A DNA stretch of 64,000 nucleotides from Diplonema japonicum (taxonomy: Eukaryota; Protista; Euglenozoa: Diplonemea), in assembly GCA_964019335.1 (NCBI GenBank), contig OZ025729.1, positions 186,001 to 250,000 on the forward strand, read 5' to 3'. Positions within the stretch are counted from its first letter, which is position 1. Every line of letters starts with the position of its first letter. Both the position numbers and the translations under genes were made by a program. Shown one piece after another: positions 32,601 to 41,603 of the stretch. The notes under the pieces are model-generated. The model did no database searches and was not told the DNA's origin. It worked only from the letters and a program-made list of their open reading frames with translations.

Positions 32601-34897
32601 CGAACCTGGACGCGATCTCCCTGGACAAGTACGGGAAGGACTCGATCTTCCCGGTAGCTCCTGCGACAAGCCCGTACGGTGCGATCCCTCCTCTCGAAGG
32701 GGTGACTCCGATGCCCGAGGCCTTCAACACGGCAGTGAACATGAGCAACTGGCTGCTGCACAGGACGGACACGAAGGACACGAAGTGCTGGCAGGCGCTG
32801 TTCCAAGAAACGTCGAACCTCGAGGCGGCCAAGACGCTGTTCTTCAACGCGAGCAACACGCACAGCATTGCGGTCGCCTTCAACAGCCTTGCGAACTCGG
32901 TGTACAAGCAGAAGAATGGGAACAACACGTATGTGTCGATGGTCAACGACCCGCTCCCCTTCAGCGACTTCTTCAAAGAGCAGCTGAAGAGCTTCATGGC
33001 GGTGAACATCGCGACCAACATCATGCTCCCCTTCTGCTTCATCCCCGCCAACTACGTCGCCTTCATGGTGAAGGAGCGTGTCACGAAGTCGAAGCACGTG
33101 CAGGTGGTGTCCGGTGTGCGCCTCCCTGTCTATTGGATGTCGAACTTTTGTTGGGACCTCCTCGCCTTCATGGTGAGCACCTTCTTGTGCTTCTTGATGT
33201 TCTTCATCTTCAACCGAAAGGAGTACGTGGGTGGGGGCGAGACCTTCCTCGCCACCTTCTTGCTGTTCTTCTTCTACGGGGTGACAGCAATCTGGGCAGC
33301 GTACCTGTCGTCCTTCTACTTCGAGAGCCCGACTGTGGGGCAGAACACGGTGCTGCTGGGGAACTACTTCTCTGGGTTCGCGCTGGTGATGACGGTCGGG
33401 ATTCTGCAAATGGTGAAGTCGACGAGGAAGGTGGCGAAGGTGCTGCGGTTCGTGTTCCGCGTGATCCCGTCCTTCTGCTTGGGGGACGGGATCCTGGCCC
33501 TGGCACAGCTTCCCTCGAACAAGAAGATGGGGATAACGAGCGACGGGGCGCTGGCGATGGACGTGGTTGGGTGGGACATTGTGTTCTTGTGCATCATGTG
33601 CCCTGTGTACGCGCTCCTGTCCCTTTCGCATGACTTCCCGCAGATCTGGTACGCCCTCGGGGTGAGGAAGCCTCCTCCGTCCCTGGACACTGTGCGGGAC
33701 GGCGGCGGCGGCGGCAGCAGCAGCAGAAAAGAAGAAGAAGACGACGACGTGGCGGCGGAGAGGCAGGCTGTCCTCGGGGGAAGGGGAGGGGACGTGGTGC
33801 GGGTGAAGGGGCTTCGGAAGGTGTACCCGGGGACGGAGGGACGGCGTCCGAAGGTGGCGGTGAAGGAAGTGACCTTCGGGGTGAAGACGGGCGAGATCTT
33901 CGCCTTCCTCGGGACGAACGGGGCGGGGAAGACGACGGTGATCTCGATGCTGGCGGGGGACTTCAAGCCGACGGTTGGAACGGCGTCGATCAAGGGCTAC
34001 GACGTGGTGACGGAGGCGACGGAGGCGAAGCGGGAGCTGGGGTACTGCCCGCAGTTCGACGCGCTGCTGGACCTGCTGACCCCTCGGGAGCACATGCGGC
34101 TGTACGCGGGGCTGCGCGGGGTTCGGCGGGAGAGGGGGGAAGCGATGGCGGCGGGGCTGGCGCGGATCCTCGGCTTCGAGGAGCACCTGGACACGGAGTG
34201 CAAGCAGCTGTCGGGAGGGAACAAGAGGAAGACGAGCATCGCGATCTCCCTGATCGGGGGCCCGTCGTGCATCCTGCTGGACGAGCCGACTGCGGGGATG
34301 GACCCCGTGGCGAGGCGTGGGATGTGGACAGCGCTCCAATCCATCGGGAAGGGCCGGTGCGTGATCCTGACGACGCACCACCTGGAGGAGGTGGAGGCGC
34401 TGGCCCACCGCACGGCGATCATGGTGGACGGGAGCCTGCAGTGCCTGGGGACGCTGTCCCACCTGAAGCACAAGTTCGGCGGGGCCTACGAGATCCAGGT
34501 GAAGGTGGTCCCAGAGAAGGAGACCGTGGTCCACGACTTCTTCGCCACCACCTTCCCCACCTCCCTCCTCATCGAGCAGACCAACCACAGGCTCACCTAC
34601 CAGCTCCCTGCAGGGCAGAAACTCTCCTCCATGTTCGCCATCATCCACGAGGCCCGCGGCCCCCTCGGCATCGTTGACTACTCCATCACAGAGACCTCCC
34701 TCGAGCAGGTCTTCATCGCAATCTGCAAGAAGTACATTAACTCAGATGCTGACAGTCATCAAGAGCACCCTGAGGGATGTTCACCTGATACCACCGAGTT
34801 GGTGTGTGTAAAGGGCTGCCCTAGAAAAGAAACTCTGAATGAAACGAAAAGGGAGCAAGGGCAAGGTGCGCCTCTAGATGGAAAATTCCTTGTTTGA
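29651..34897 (+). CDS. ABC transporter subfamily A (full-size TMD-NBD-TMD-NBD), copy 1, 1748 aa
   Basis: Walker A motifs GHNGAGKTT and GTNGAGKTT; signatures LSGGMKRKLS and LSGGNKRKTS; Walker B ILDEPTAGMD x2; ABCA-typical VREKE, GLCPQHNILW and TTLEEIF motifs; large exoplasmic loops. ATG 29651 is shared with copy 2. Confidence 0.95.
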   Translation: MPRTEGVKVGEYRKPNLLSAVLFVMVKNYRLKLKEWKSTMLEVLLPTLFLTMLVPAYVAAGSVRWDNRSFLDNHLDVDEYFNPWMCRLRGATEPEGYAECVDRPKPWHCLGNLCLNSTVPDKDTEELEVLLGRWFYVVNSTTVPSFDTIALWRHFAQTVDIPGWDSWDDNMAVALGTGANVSIVAEHPSLQGVADRLDAWLLNSTYTYQFTRKEFKTEKEATDYAKSEGSSKIWALIVVRGPTDFTIRMNRTATPDTGTDEALEKGLDKQFRQYLGGGFLTLQTLINANLTGTDDSSAAVVPMPIQGFKQNSFLEEAGGFLPIILTLAFLFPMSQVVSSIVREKEARIREAMLIMGLSSSAFKLSWLLTTVLQMSVTGILLTIVVKASYLNETIYGIIFMLFWSYCVSLAAAGILLSVLFSKASLASLMSPMLYLLSAIPSFILTNPSLTTKTGLSLFSTYAFSQSVGLVFRAAGKGDPMTWDSAGDGSYSFNRGLLFMWIDTFLYLVLAAWLDQVVPSEWGAKKPFFYYCWPPLWFHSASETANFKGLGTDGMLDRTNMETITDRELLAKERVRVTNIRKEFGDLVKFGKADKVAVNNVNLSLYEGQILALLGHNGAGKTTLINMLTGMLPVTSGDAAVYGNSVCHEMEAVRRDIGLCPQHNILWDNITCAEHLRFYGRVKGIPSDELEDQVDDILHKVELFDKKETNSAALSGGMKRKLSVGISLIGGSRFIILDEPTAGMDVQARRAIWDLLKSVRDGRTILLTTHFMDEADLLGDSIAILHDGRVHCHGSSFFLKQKLGVGYNLTMELGPSGDVDAITNTIKSEIEPLNEARNMQQVELLSAAGSELAFRVPMWGLPNFSRMFEQLEQKGSELGINSFGMSVTTLEEIFIKIAHDNEHHSSLADAENERKGHEHEHVLRTLDISPEEKMHGSELMSSQWRGLFFKRFQYSKRDKCTICFQLILPVVVVAYTLGLLRLNVTNLDAISLDKYGKDSIFPVAPATSPYGAIPPLEGVTPMPEAFNTAVNMSNWLLHRTDTKDTKCWQALFQETSNLEAAKTLFFNASNTHSIAVAFNSLANSVYKQKNGNNTYVSMVNDPLPFSDFFKEQLKSFMAVNIATNIMLPFCFIPANYVAFMVKERVTKSKHVQVVSGVRLPVYWMSNFCWDLLAFMVSTFLCFLMFFIFNRKEYVGGGETFLATFLLFFFYGVTAIWAAYLSSFYFESPTVGQNTVLLGNYFSGFALVMTVGILQMVKSTRKVAKVLRFVFRVIPSFCLGDGILALAQLPSNKKMGITSDGALAMDVVGWDIVFLCIMCPVYALLSLSHDFPQIWYALGVRKPPPSLDTVRDGGGGGSSSRKEEEDDDVAAERQAVLGGRGGDVVRVKGLRKVYPGTEGRRPKVAVKEVTFGVKTGEIFAFLGTNGAGKTTVISMLAGDFKPTVGTASIKGYDVVTEATEAKRELGYCPQFDALLDLLTPREHMRLYAGLRGVRRERGEAMAAGLARILGFEEHLDTECKQLSGGNKRKTSIAISLIGGPSCILLDEPTAGMDPVARRGMWTALQSIGKGRCVILTTHHLEEVEALAHRTAIMVDGSLQCLGTLSHLKHKFGGAYEIQVKVVPEKETVVHDFFATTFPTSLLIEQTNHRLTYQLPAGQKLSSMFAIIHEARGPLGIVDYSITETSLEQVFIAICKKYINSDADSHQEHPEGCSPDTTELVCVKGCPRKETLNETKREQGQGAPLDGKFLV

Positions 34898-35571
34898 TTT
34901 TCTTTTTTTTTAAAAAAAAACCTTTTTGTTTATCCTCAATACCTAACTTCTTTGTTTGTTTGTTTGTTTTTCTTTTTTTTCTTGTTGTTAAGCTGTGAAG
35001 AGGGGGAAAAAAAATGGTAACAAGGGTCTCCCCACCACTGCTTCAAACCAATGTAAGAATAATCATGCTGGTGTTCATGTAGAGGGGGGTTTCCCTTTTC
35101 CCCCTTTTTTTTTTTTTAACCCTCCCCGCTTATTAATTTTACCCAGAAAGAATGAAGAAAAAAAAAAAGTGCATTTTTTATATTGATAAACAGCTATCAA
35201 GAGAAAGAAAAAAAAAAAGAGAGAAAATAAAAAAAAAAAAGGTTTTGTTTGTCAGCGTTATGCGTTGTAAAATGAATTTTTTTTTGTTTTCTCTTTACCT
35301 ATTTTGCATTCGATCTTTTTTTTTTTTTTCTTTGTTTTTTGAAGCCGTTCAAGGGACAAGCTTCCTACTCATTACATGTAGATATAGCCAGCCCCTATTC
35401 TCCATTTTTTCGGAGCCAAAAAAAACAATGATATTCCTTTCTCCTGCATAAAAAAGATTGCCTTTTTTTCTTCTTTTTTTCTTTTTGTTTCTTGACTCCA
35501 ATAATATTATTTATTCTTTTCCTCCTATCTCGTGTTTTTTCTTTTACCAAAGCACAAGTACTGGTACTGGC

Positions 35572-35605
<34 letters not shown>

Positions 35606-35981
35606 CATGTCCACTTTAGCAATTTCGGCGTGCAACATAAAGCTCTTTTTTTTTTCTTTTTTTCCCCTGCCTGTTCTTTTTTTTTCCCCCCGTTCTGAAT
35701 TTATCTTCCCCCACAAAGATAAAAAGAAGGGTGAAAAAAAAAAAAAAGGTTGTTTCAAAAAAAAAAAAAAAAAAAAAAAAGAGAGAGAAAAATATTTATA
35801 CCTCCCTGCGTTTTTTTTTTTTTTTTTTTTGTTTCCTCTTTCTTTCTTTTTTTATTTTATTTTTTATATATTTCCGCCCCCTCCTTTTTTTTTTTTTTTA
35901 CCTTCCTTCCTTCCTTATTTCCCCCCCTACCCCCACCCCCTCCTTGCAAAAAAAAATATACAAAGGGGGAGGGGGGGAAAA

Positions 35982-38885
35982 ATGCTCTGCAAAAACGTGA
36001 GTTTTATGCTCCTCTTGGCGGCAACAGGTACAACAGGGATGTCAGATAATAGCGTTGTAACCCTTGCACATCCTCACGGGGAGCCCACCTCAAAAGTACT
36101 CAGAGCCGCAGCAGAGAGATTCACACAACTCACCGGCATCCAGGTGGAGATTGTTGATGAACCATGGTCGTCCCTCTATGACGTTCTTCTAGCGAACCTC
36201 TCCAAAGGTACCGGATCCGATATTGTCACAGTGGGCTCAACATGGACCTCCGACCTTTTCGAGAGAGGCCTGCTTACCTCCATTTCAGACGAAATGAGCA
36301 GCTGGCGTTTAATACGAGGGGTCTTCGGTGACATCTCCCGCGATTTTGTGAGGAATTTGGATTTCTCATATATGTTCCCAGCGAAGAACACAGATGTGTT
36401 GGAGTGGTACGTCCTGCCGGTTAACATCGACACCCCGGTGTTGTTTTATAGGAAGGATTTGTACGAAAAATATCTTAAGCAAGAAACACCGCCGTCGACG
36501 ATTGACGAAGCGAAGATTTTCGGTGCAAAGATAGCCGAGCTTGCCAAGCTCGATAATTTAACGTTGTACACATGGGGCGTCCCGGACAAGAGTGCGACAA
36601 GCGAGGTCATGCAGTCCTTGGTGACCTTCATCCACGGCCATGGTTCCGCGTTTGTAGGGAGCGGTGGTTCCTGCACTTTCACCGATGACATCTTCAAACA
36701 ATCGTTGTCCGCTTATATCGAGCTCGTTAAACAAACCCCTTGGAGGGGGCAGTCCCCGCACGATATCGCTCGTCACTTCAAAAACGGAAATATAATACAT
36801 TTTACCGGAGCCACCTGGCTGTGGTGGAACATGATAGGTGGTGCTGTGTCTTCCTCCGATATCGGAATTACTCTGGTTCCGTCCGGTCCGACCGGACCAT
36901 ACACATTTCTAGGAGGTTCCGGGTGGTCGATCCCGTCATGGGTGTCGAAGGAGAAGCGAAAGCTAGCATGGTCATTCATCCAGTTCTTCATGGAACCCCA
37001 GGAACCATGGCTGAGCAAGATTGTGTTCAGCGCCACGCTGATCCCCGCTTACGAATCAGTAGTGCGAACAGCGAAGATCGGAAGCACGTCGATCCCCAGA
37101 TTGTCACGAATAACGCTATTGAACAATGCAAATCCGATCGATCTCCTGCCTGCACATTTCACAGATCCCAACACCGCAATGCTAGCTGTCCCTGACGGTG
37201 ATTGGGCTGGTTTTAATCGGACTGTCAAGATTGAATTTAACACCCCAACATGGGTGACAGGATACCAGTTAACTACCTCTTTTGGGATGTCTGCTGATGA
37301 CCCGACCAAATGGACGGTTTATGGTGTTCGATGGGATGGTGTGAGGGTTCATCTTGATGGGAGGGTTGAAAGACTGCCGCTTCTTCGTGGTGAGACGTCA
37401 GTGGTGTTCAACATCGATGAGGCGTTGAGGGGCAGCTTCAGAATATATCTTCTTGAAATCGAGGATCTCCGTGGTGCCGCGTGCAACGACGTGTGTGAGA
37501 TAACGATTGACCAGCTCGCGTTTTCCGTCCCGCTTCACTACCCACAGCGTGCGTTCTTCAAAATAGCTCGTCTTGAGAAGAACAAAACCGTTCAGAGGAT
37601 GGTGCAGCGTGCGATAGGTGGTGTGTCGCTCGATTTAGCAGCACAGCAGGCTTGCAATGAAATGCTTGACATTACGTACGACGAACCGGTTGAAACCGTT
37701 TCGTCATCAAGCACGCAGAACGCGACTGTTATTATTGTGGTGATCGTTCTTTCAATTCTGTTTGCAGTGTTATCCATCGGCGGGTGTGTGTGCGCTAGGT
37801 TGTTTTTCAACGAGCGGGCGTATTTTGTGAGGCACGCTCCTCGAGACGGCGACATCGTCTTTGTCTTCACGGATATACAGAAGTCCAGCGAGCTTTGGTC
37901 CTTCGATCAGACGATGATGACGGAAGCATTACGCATTCACCATGAGAGCATTCGCAGTCAAATTCAAAGATTCTCCGGATACGAGATTAAAACCATCGGT
38001 GACGCGTTCATGGTCGCCTTCCAGTCGCCGATTAATGCGTTGGATTTCATGTGCCAAGTGCAGATTTCTATGTTCAACAAAACATGGCCCGACACCTTGT
38101 CAACCCACCCTGCTGGTAAACGAGAACCCGGGCAGCACAACGGTTTACGTGTTAGAATGGGAGCACATATCGGGACAGCAAATGTAGTCCGAACCCCTCA
38201 AGGAGGATTTGACTATGATGGTGCGACTGTTAACCTCACCGCAAGAGTTTCAGATAGCGGTGACGGCGGGCAGATTCTTATCACGGAAGACCTCTACACG
38301 GCGGTAGAATCGATTATGGAAGATGGTGTATCGACAGTGGAGGTAACATATTTGGGGGAGTACAATTACGAAGGGATTGGGAGCCCGGTTTCGGTGATAC
38401 AGGTGTCGCCCTTGGAGCTGATCGAGAGGGTGTTTCCTCCACTTCGCAAAGCTGTGCCAATGAGAGACGAGAACGATTCACATGATTCAATGATGTCTTC
38501 AATTGAGTACGAAGACAAGCGGGAGATCGTAGCACGGATGCAGCAGATACGGAGGTACATCGCGTACCATTACAGCAAGATAGGGATACCGCTTTCTAAC
38601 CTCTCTCACATGATCCTTGCGACGGGTATTGGGGAGTCGGTTCTTGAAGCTCTTCTTGTTGTTGCTGTCGAGGGTACTCTTGTGTGTAAACCCGTGTCTG
38701 CGCCGAACGTCCGCGGGTCCATCGCGCGCAGCACGCCGCACTATACTTTGAGATGGGAAAGCGTTTCTGTTGTCCTTCGCCGGCTTCCCTTCGGTACTGT
38801 GATCGAAATGGCTAGCAATCTACCTGCCCTCCCTCCGACCTCTAAGAACAAGGCTAGCCTTCCATTGAACCCACTGGTCGCGTGA
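35982..38885 (+). CDS. Receptor-type class III adenylate cyclase (signal peptide, solute-binding-protein ectodomain, one TM, cyclase), 967 aa
   Basis: Cyclase motifs VFTDIQKSSELW, YEIKTIGDAFMVAF, GLRVRMGAHIG and FDYDGATVNLTARV (ATP-specifying K/D, catalytic N/R). TM segment VIIVVIVLSILFAVLSIGG. Ectodomain has family-1 SBP-like motifs (FTQLTGIQVEI, LFYRKDLYEK, TFLGGSGWSIP, AWSFIQFF). Confidence 0.9.
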   Translation: MLCKNVSFMLLLAATGTTGMSDNSVVTLAHPHGEPTSKVLRAAAERFTQLTGIQVEIVDEPWSSLYDVLLANLSKGTGSDIVTVGSTWTSDLFERGLLTSISDEMSSWRLIRGVFGDISRDFVRNLDFSYMFPAKNTDVLEWYVLPVNIDTPVLFYRKDLYEKYLKQETPPSTIDEAKIFGAKIAELAKLDNLTLYTWGVPDKSATSEVMQSLVTFIHGHGSAFVGSGGSCTFTDDIFKQSLSAYIELVKQTPWRGQSPHDIARHFKNGNIIHFTGATWLWWNMIGGAVSSSDIGITLVPSGPTGPYTFLGGSGWSIPSWVSKEKRKLAWSFIQFFMEPQEPWLSKIVFSATLIPAYESVVRTAKIGSTSIPRLSRITLLNNANPIDLLPAHFTDPNTAMLAVPDGDWAGFNRTVKIEFNTPTWVTGYQLTTSFGMSADDPTKWTVYGVRWDGVRVHLDGRVERLPLLRGETSVVFNIDEALRGSFRIYLLEIEDLRGAACNDVCEITIDQLAFSVPLHYPQRAFFKIARLEKNKTVQRMVQRAIGGVSLDLAAQQACNEMLDITYDEPVETVSSSSTQNATVIIVVIVLSILFAVLSIGGCVCARLFFNERAYFVRHAPRDGDIVFVFTDIQKSSELWSFDQTMMTEALRIHHESIRSQIQRFSGYEIKTIGDAFMVAFQSPINALDFMCQVQISMFNKTWPDTLSTHPAGKREPGQHNGLRVRMGAHIGTANVVRTPQGGFDYDGATVNLTARVSDSGDGGQILITEDLYTAVESIMEDGVSTVEVTYLGEYNYEGIGSPVSVIQVSPLELIERVFPPLRKAVPMRDENDSHDSMMSSIEYEDKREIVARMQQIRRYIAYHYSKIGIPLSNLSHMILATGIGESVLEALLVVAVEGTLVCKPVSAPNVRGSIARSTPHYTLRWESVSVVLRRLPFGTVIEMASNLPALPPTSKNKASLPLNPLVA

Positions 38886-39124
38886 CGAAGGAGTCTGCTT
38901 TACGGAGGGGTAAAAAAAAAAAAAGGGAAAAAAAAAAAAAGAAAAAAAAAAGGAAACTTTTCGTTTTCGCAGAGGATCTCTCTTTTTTTTTCTTTTTTTT
39001 CTCTTCTCTTCTTCTCTCCTTTTTTTTTTTTTTTTTTAATTATTATTATTATTATCTTTTGTTTTGTTGTTGTTTATCGGCTTTCCAGTCGGCGACGAGA
39101 ACTTCTATCCCCCCCCCCCCCCCC

Positions 39125-39316
39125 CCAGGCATAGCTGTGTAACGAATCGGTTTTCGCACATCTTCGCATTTCTCTGAGCGCAAATTTTCGCAGTGCGAAA
39201 ATAGTACAAAACTATGTGAAACTATGTACTTCACTGTTCCTGTCCTCGACCTTCCTCCAAACTTCATACTGTGAAAACATGATGCGAAAACCGATTCGCA
39301 TCACTACTATGCCTGG
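39125..39316. mobile_element. 192-bp MITE-like element with 34-bp imperfect terminal inverted repeats
   Basis: Left CCAGGCATAGctGTGtaaCGAATCGGTTTTCGCA versus reverse complement of the right end CCAGGCATAGtaGTGatgCGAATCGGTTTTCGCA (29/34 match); non-coding interior. Confidence 0.75.
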
Positions 39317-40397
39317 TAGACAGACCTAGTTTACACATAGAAAACTTTTTTTTTGGGAGCAATTGCAAAACTAAAGAAAAGTGATTTTATCGACGTTTTT
39401 AAGGCTGATATGAACCCCCCCCTTCCCCCCTTCTTTCTTTTCGTGTCTGGTCTTTTGGAAAAAGCGCCGTTTTAGTTTAGCGAAGAACATATTAACAGGT
39501 AAATTATTATTTATCTTAAATGTTCCCGTCGATTTTGCTTTTTCTGCAGGTTTTTTGTTTTTGTTTTTGTTTTTTGCAGGCGTCCTGCCACATACCGCAG
39601 GTACCCTTAAATGTTTCTCTTTTTTTTTAAAGGAGGAGAAACCGCTGCTGAAAGGGATAGGTGCAGGTAGAGGATGAGAACAAGGGGGCGTCTCACAAAG
39701 ACTTCCTTTAACTCATATATATATATATATTTTTTTTTTCTTTTTTCTTTTTTACCAACGATTCTAAAGCTACAGTTTCTGTACTTTATTGGGTGGTAGG
39801 GATAGCATGGAAATATAAGAAGTACATCAGCTCAGGGTGGCGAACAGGCAGCAAACTGCATGAGCGCAGAATCTTGGTTACCCGCACGCATTAAGGACGC
39901 GGAAGAAGGTACACCTCGGCCGCGGAACGCCCTTTGTAATCAAGTAGACAGTTCTTTTGTGCAGAGCGCCGCCAATATCGGCCTCCTTTAACTCTCTTTT
40001 TTCTTTTTAAGAACAAGGGGGCGCCACGCGGCGTCACAAAGACTTCCTTTAAATCATACATTTCTTTTTTGTTTTAAACAATATTATTGTCAAGACTAAA
40101 AAAAAAAAAAAACTAGTTGGATGGCAGCGTAGTGAGCTATTTATTAGGTAAGAATCTTCCGCTCGTTCGTGCGCACAAATATTTAAAAAAAAAAAAAAAA
40201 AAGATGTCAAAGGCAGGGTTCAATCTAGGAAGGGTCAGGTGGGCGGACGTCGAGACATCGACATACCCCCCTTGGGCTACCCCGCGAAGCACAGTAACGA
40301 CTGTGTGTTCTTCCCCTCATGCGATAGGACCCACGACCCGGGAAACCATTGATCAAGGTGTGGACGGGTGGGGGACCCGGACTGCCTACGGGCAAAA

Positions 40398-41110
40398 ATG
40401 AAAACGAAGGCCCTACGGGTGCGCTTCGAGTTACCCACGAGCCCGACAGGGCGTTGGGTCTGCCCACCATTATGCTGGGAAGTTGGCAATGCCACCAAGG
40501 CGGACTTGCTGACGGAGGTGGAAAGCCACCCGGATCCTACGGCACGCCGTCGGATCCGGTTGGTGGTACAGAAATATGAGACAGAGCTAGCAGCCCTACG
40601 CAAGGAGAAGATGACCATGGTCCCCATCGACCTGGACCTTCGACGAGTGGTGGAATGGTTCCCTACCTGGAGTGCTCCTCGGGGGTTGACGCTATTTTGT
40701 CCGCAATCAGGTTACGCTACGGTCCATTTGTGGGCAAACCGGAGGCTGAGGAGAATGCTGCATCCCACGAATCCATGCGGATCTGGCACTACCTACGGGT
40801 CACTCGCGACGAGGAAGGCAAATGGTCCAAGGATCAGCTCCCGTTGTTGCACAGTTTCATGCTACGGCTTGAGGCTCTGCGCATGCAGTCGCAGTGCGGC
40901 CGAAACTTCCAGCTCAGGATTCAGAAGGCCCGCGCATACGAAGGGTACCTCTTCGGGTCCAGCTGGGAGGACTTCTCCGATGGGAAACTCAGGCTAGCGA
41001 TAAAGCACATGAACTCTTCGAAAGGAGTTCTTGAGGTCATGAAGAAGGACAGACTGAGGACCAGACAGGGTGGAACCCCTAAGAGGACTAAATTGGGAAG
41101 TTGTTCATGA
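40398..41110 (+). pseudogene. Frameshifted coding-like remnant, possibly mobile-element derived
   Basis: GC-balanced island in an AT-rich spacer; two overlapping protein-like frames (MKTKALRVRF...; ...YLECSSGVDAILSAIRLRYG...) that would join near 40660. No recognisable domain. Confidence 0.35.
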
Positions 41111-41603
41111 TCACAACAGAAACCCTAGTTGTTGGTATATTGTTCTGCTTCAAGAACTAGTAGCAACTTGTAGGTTGTTTCTCATGTAACACTCTTTTCT
41201 TCACCTATCGTTTTTGCTTTTAGCCCGACTTGACGCCCTTGTGCCGGAGCAATTATTAAGACCTTAGCGGTTGAACAGCAACTCTTTTTTTCCCTTTTCT
41301 GTCGTGTACTTGGTTGTGGATGAATGTTCTTTGGTGGGCCGTTGCTAACCACTTCGTTTCCTATCATAGTGAATTCTTTTCTTTTGTCATTCTTCTTCTA
41401 CTTTCTTTTTACCCTCCCATAGGGCGGCCCTGTAGCGGGGGCTTGTCCTTTCCTTTGAGTTTATTTCCTACAAGGATTCCGACAGTCTTCAGCTTCACAC
41501 TTCACACTTCACACTTCACAGGTTTACAAAAATACAAAAGAAAAGGGGGGAGAAAAAAAAAGGAAAAACAATAGCTACCTCAAAGAGCACGGAACCCGTG
41601 ACG

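Noticed and set aside
31580-34648. 1022-aa (and 1035-aa at 43533..46640) minus-strand ORFs
   Set aside because: Antisense shadows of the high-GC3 ABCA genes; no domain-like features.
41493-41520. (CTTCACA)x4 as a telomere-like repeat
   Set aside because: Short local slippage next to the putative splice acceptor; does not match a known telomeric unit.
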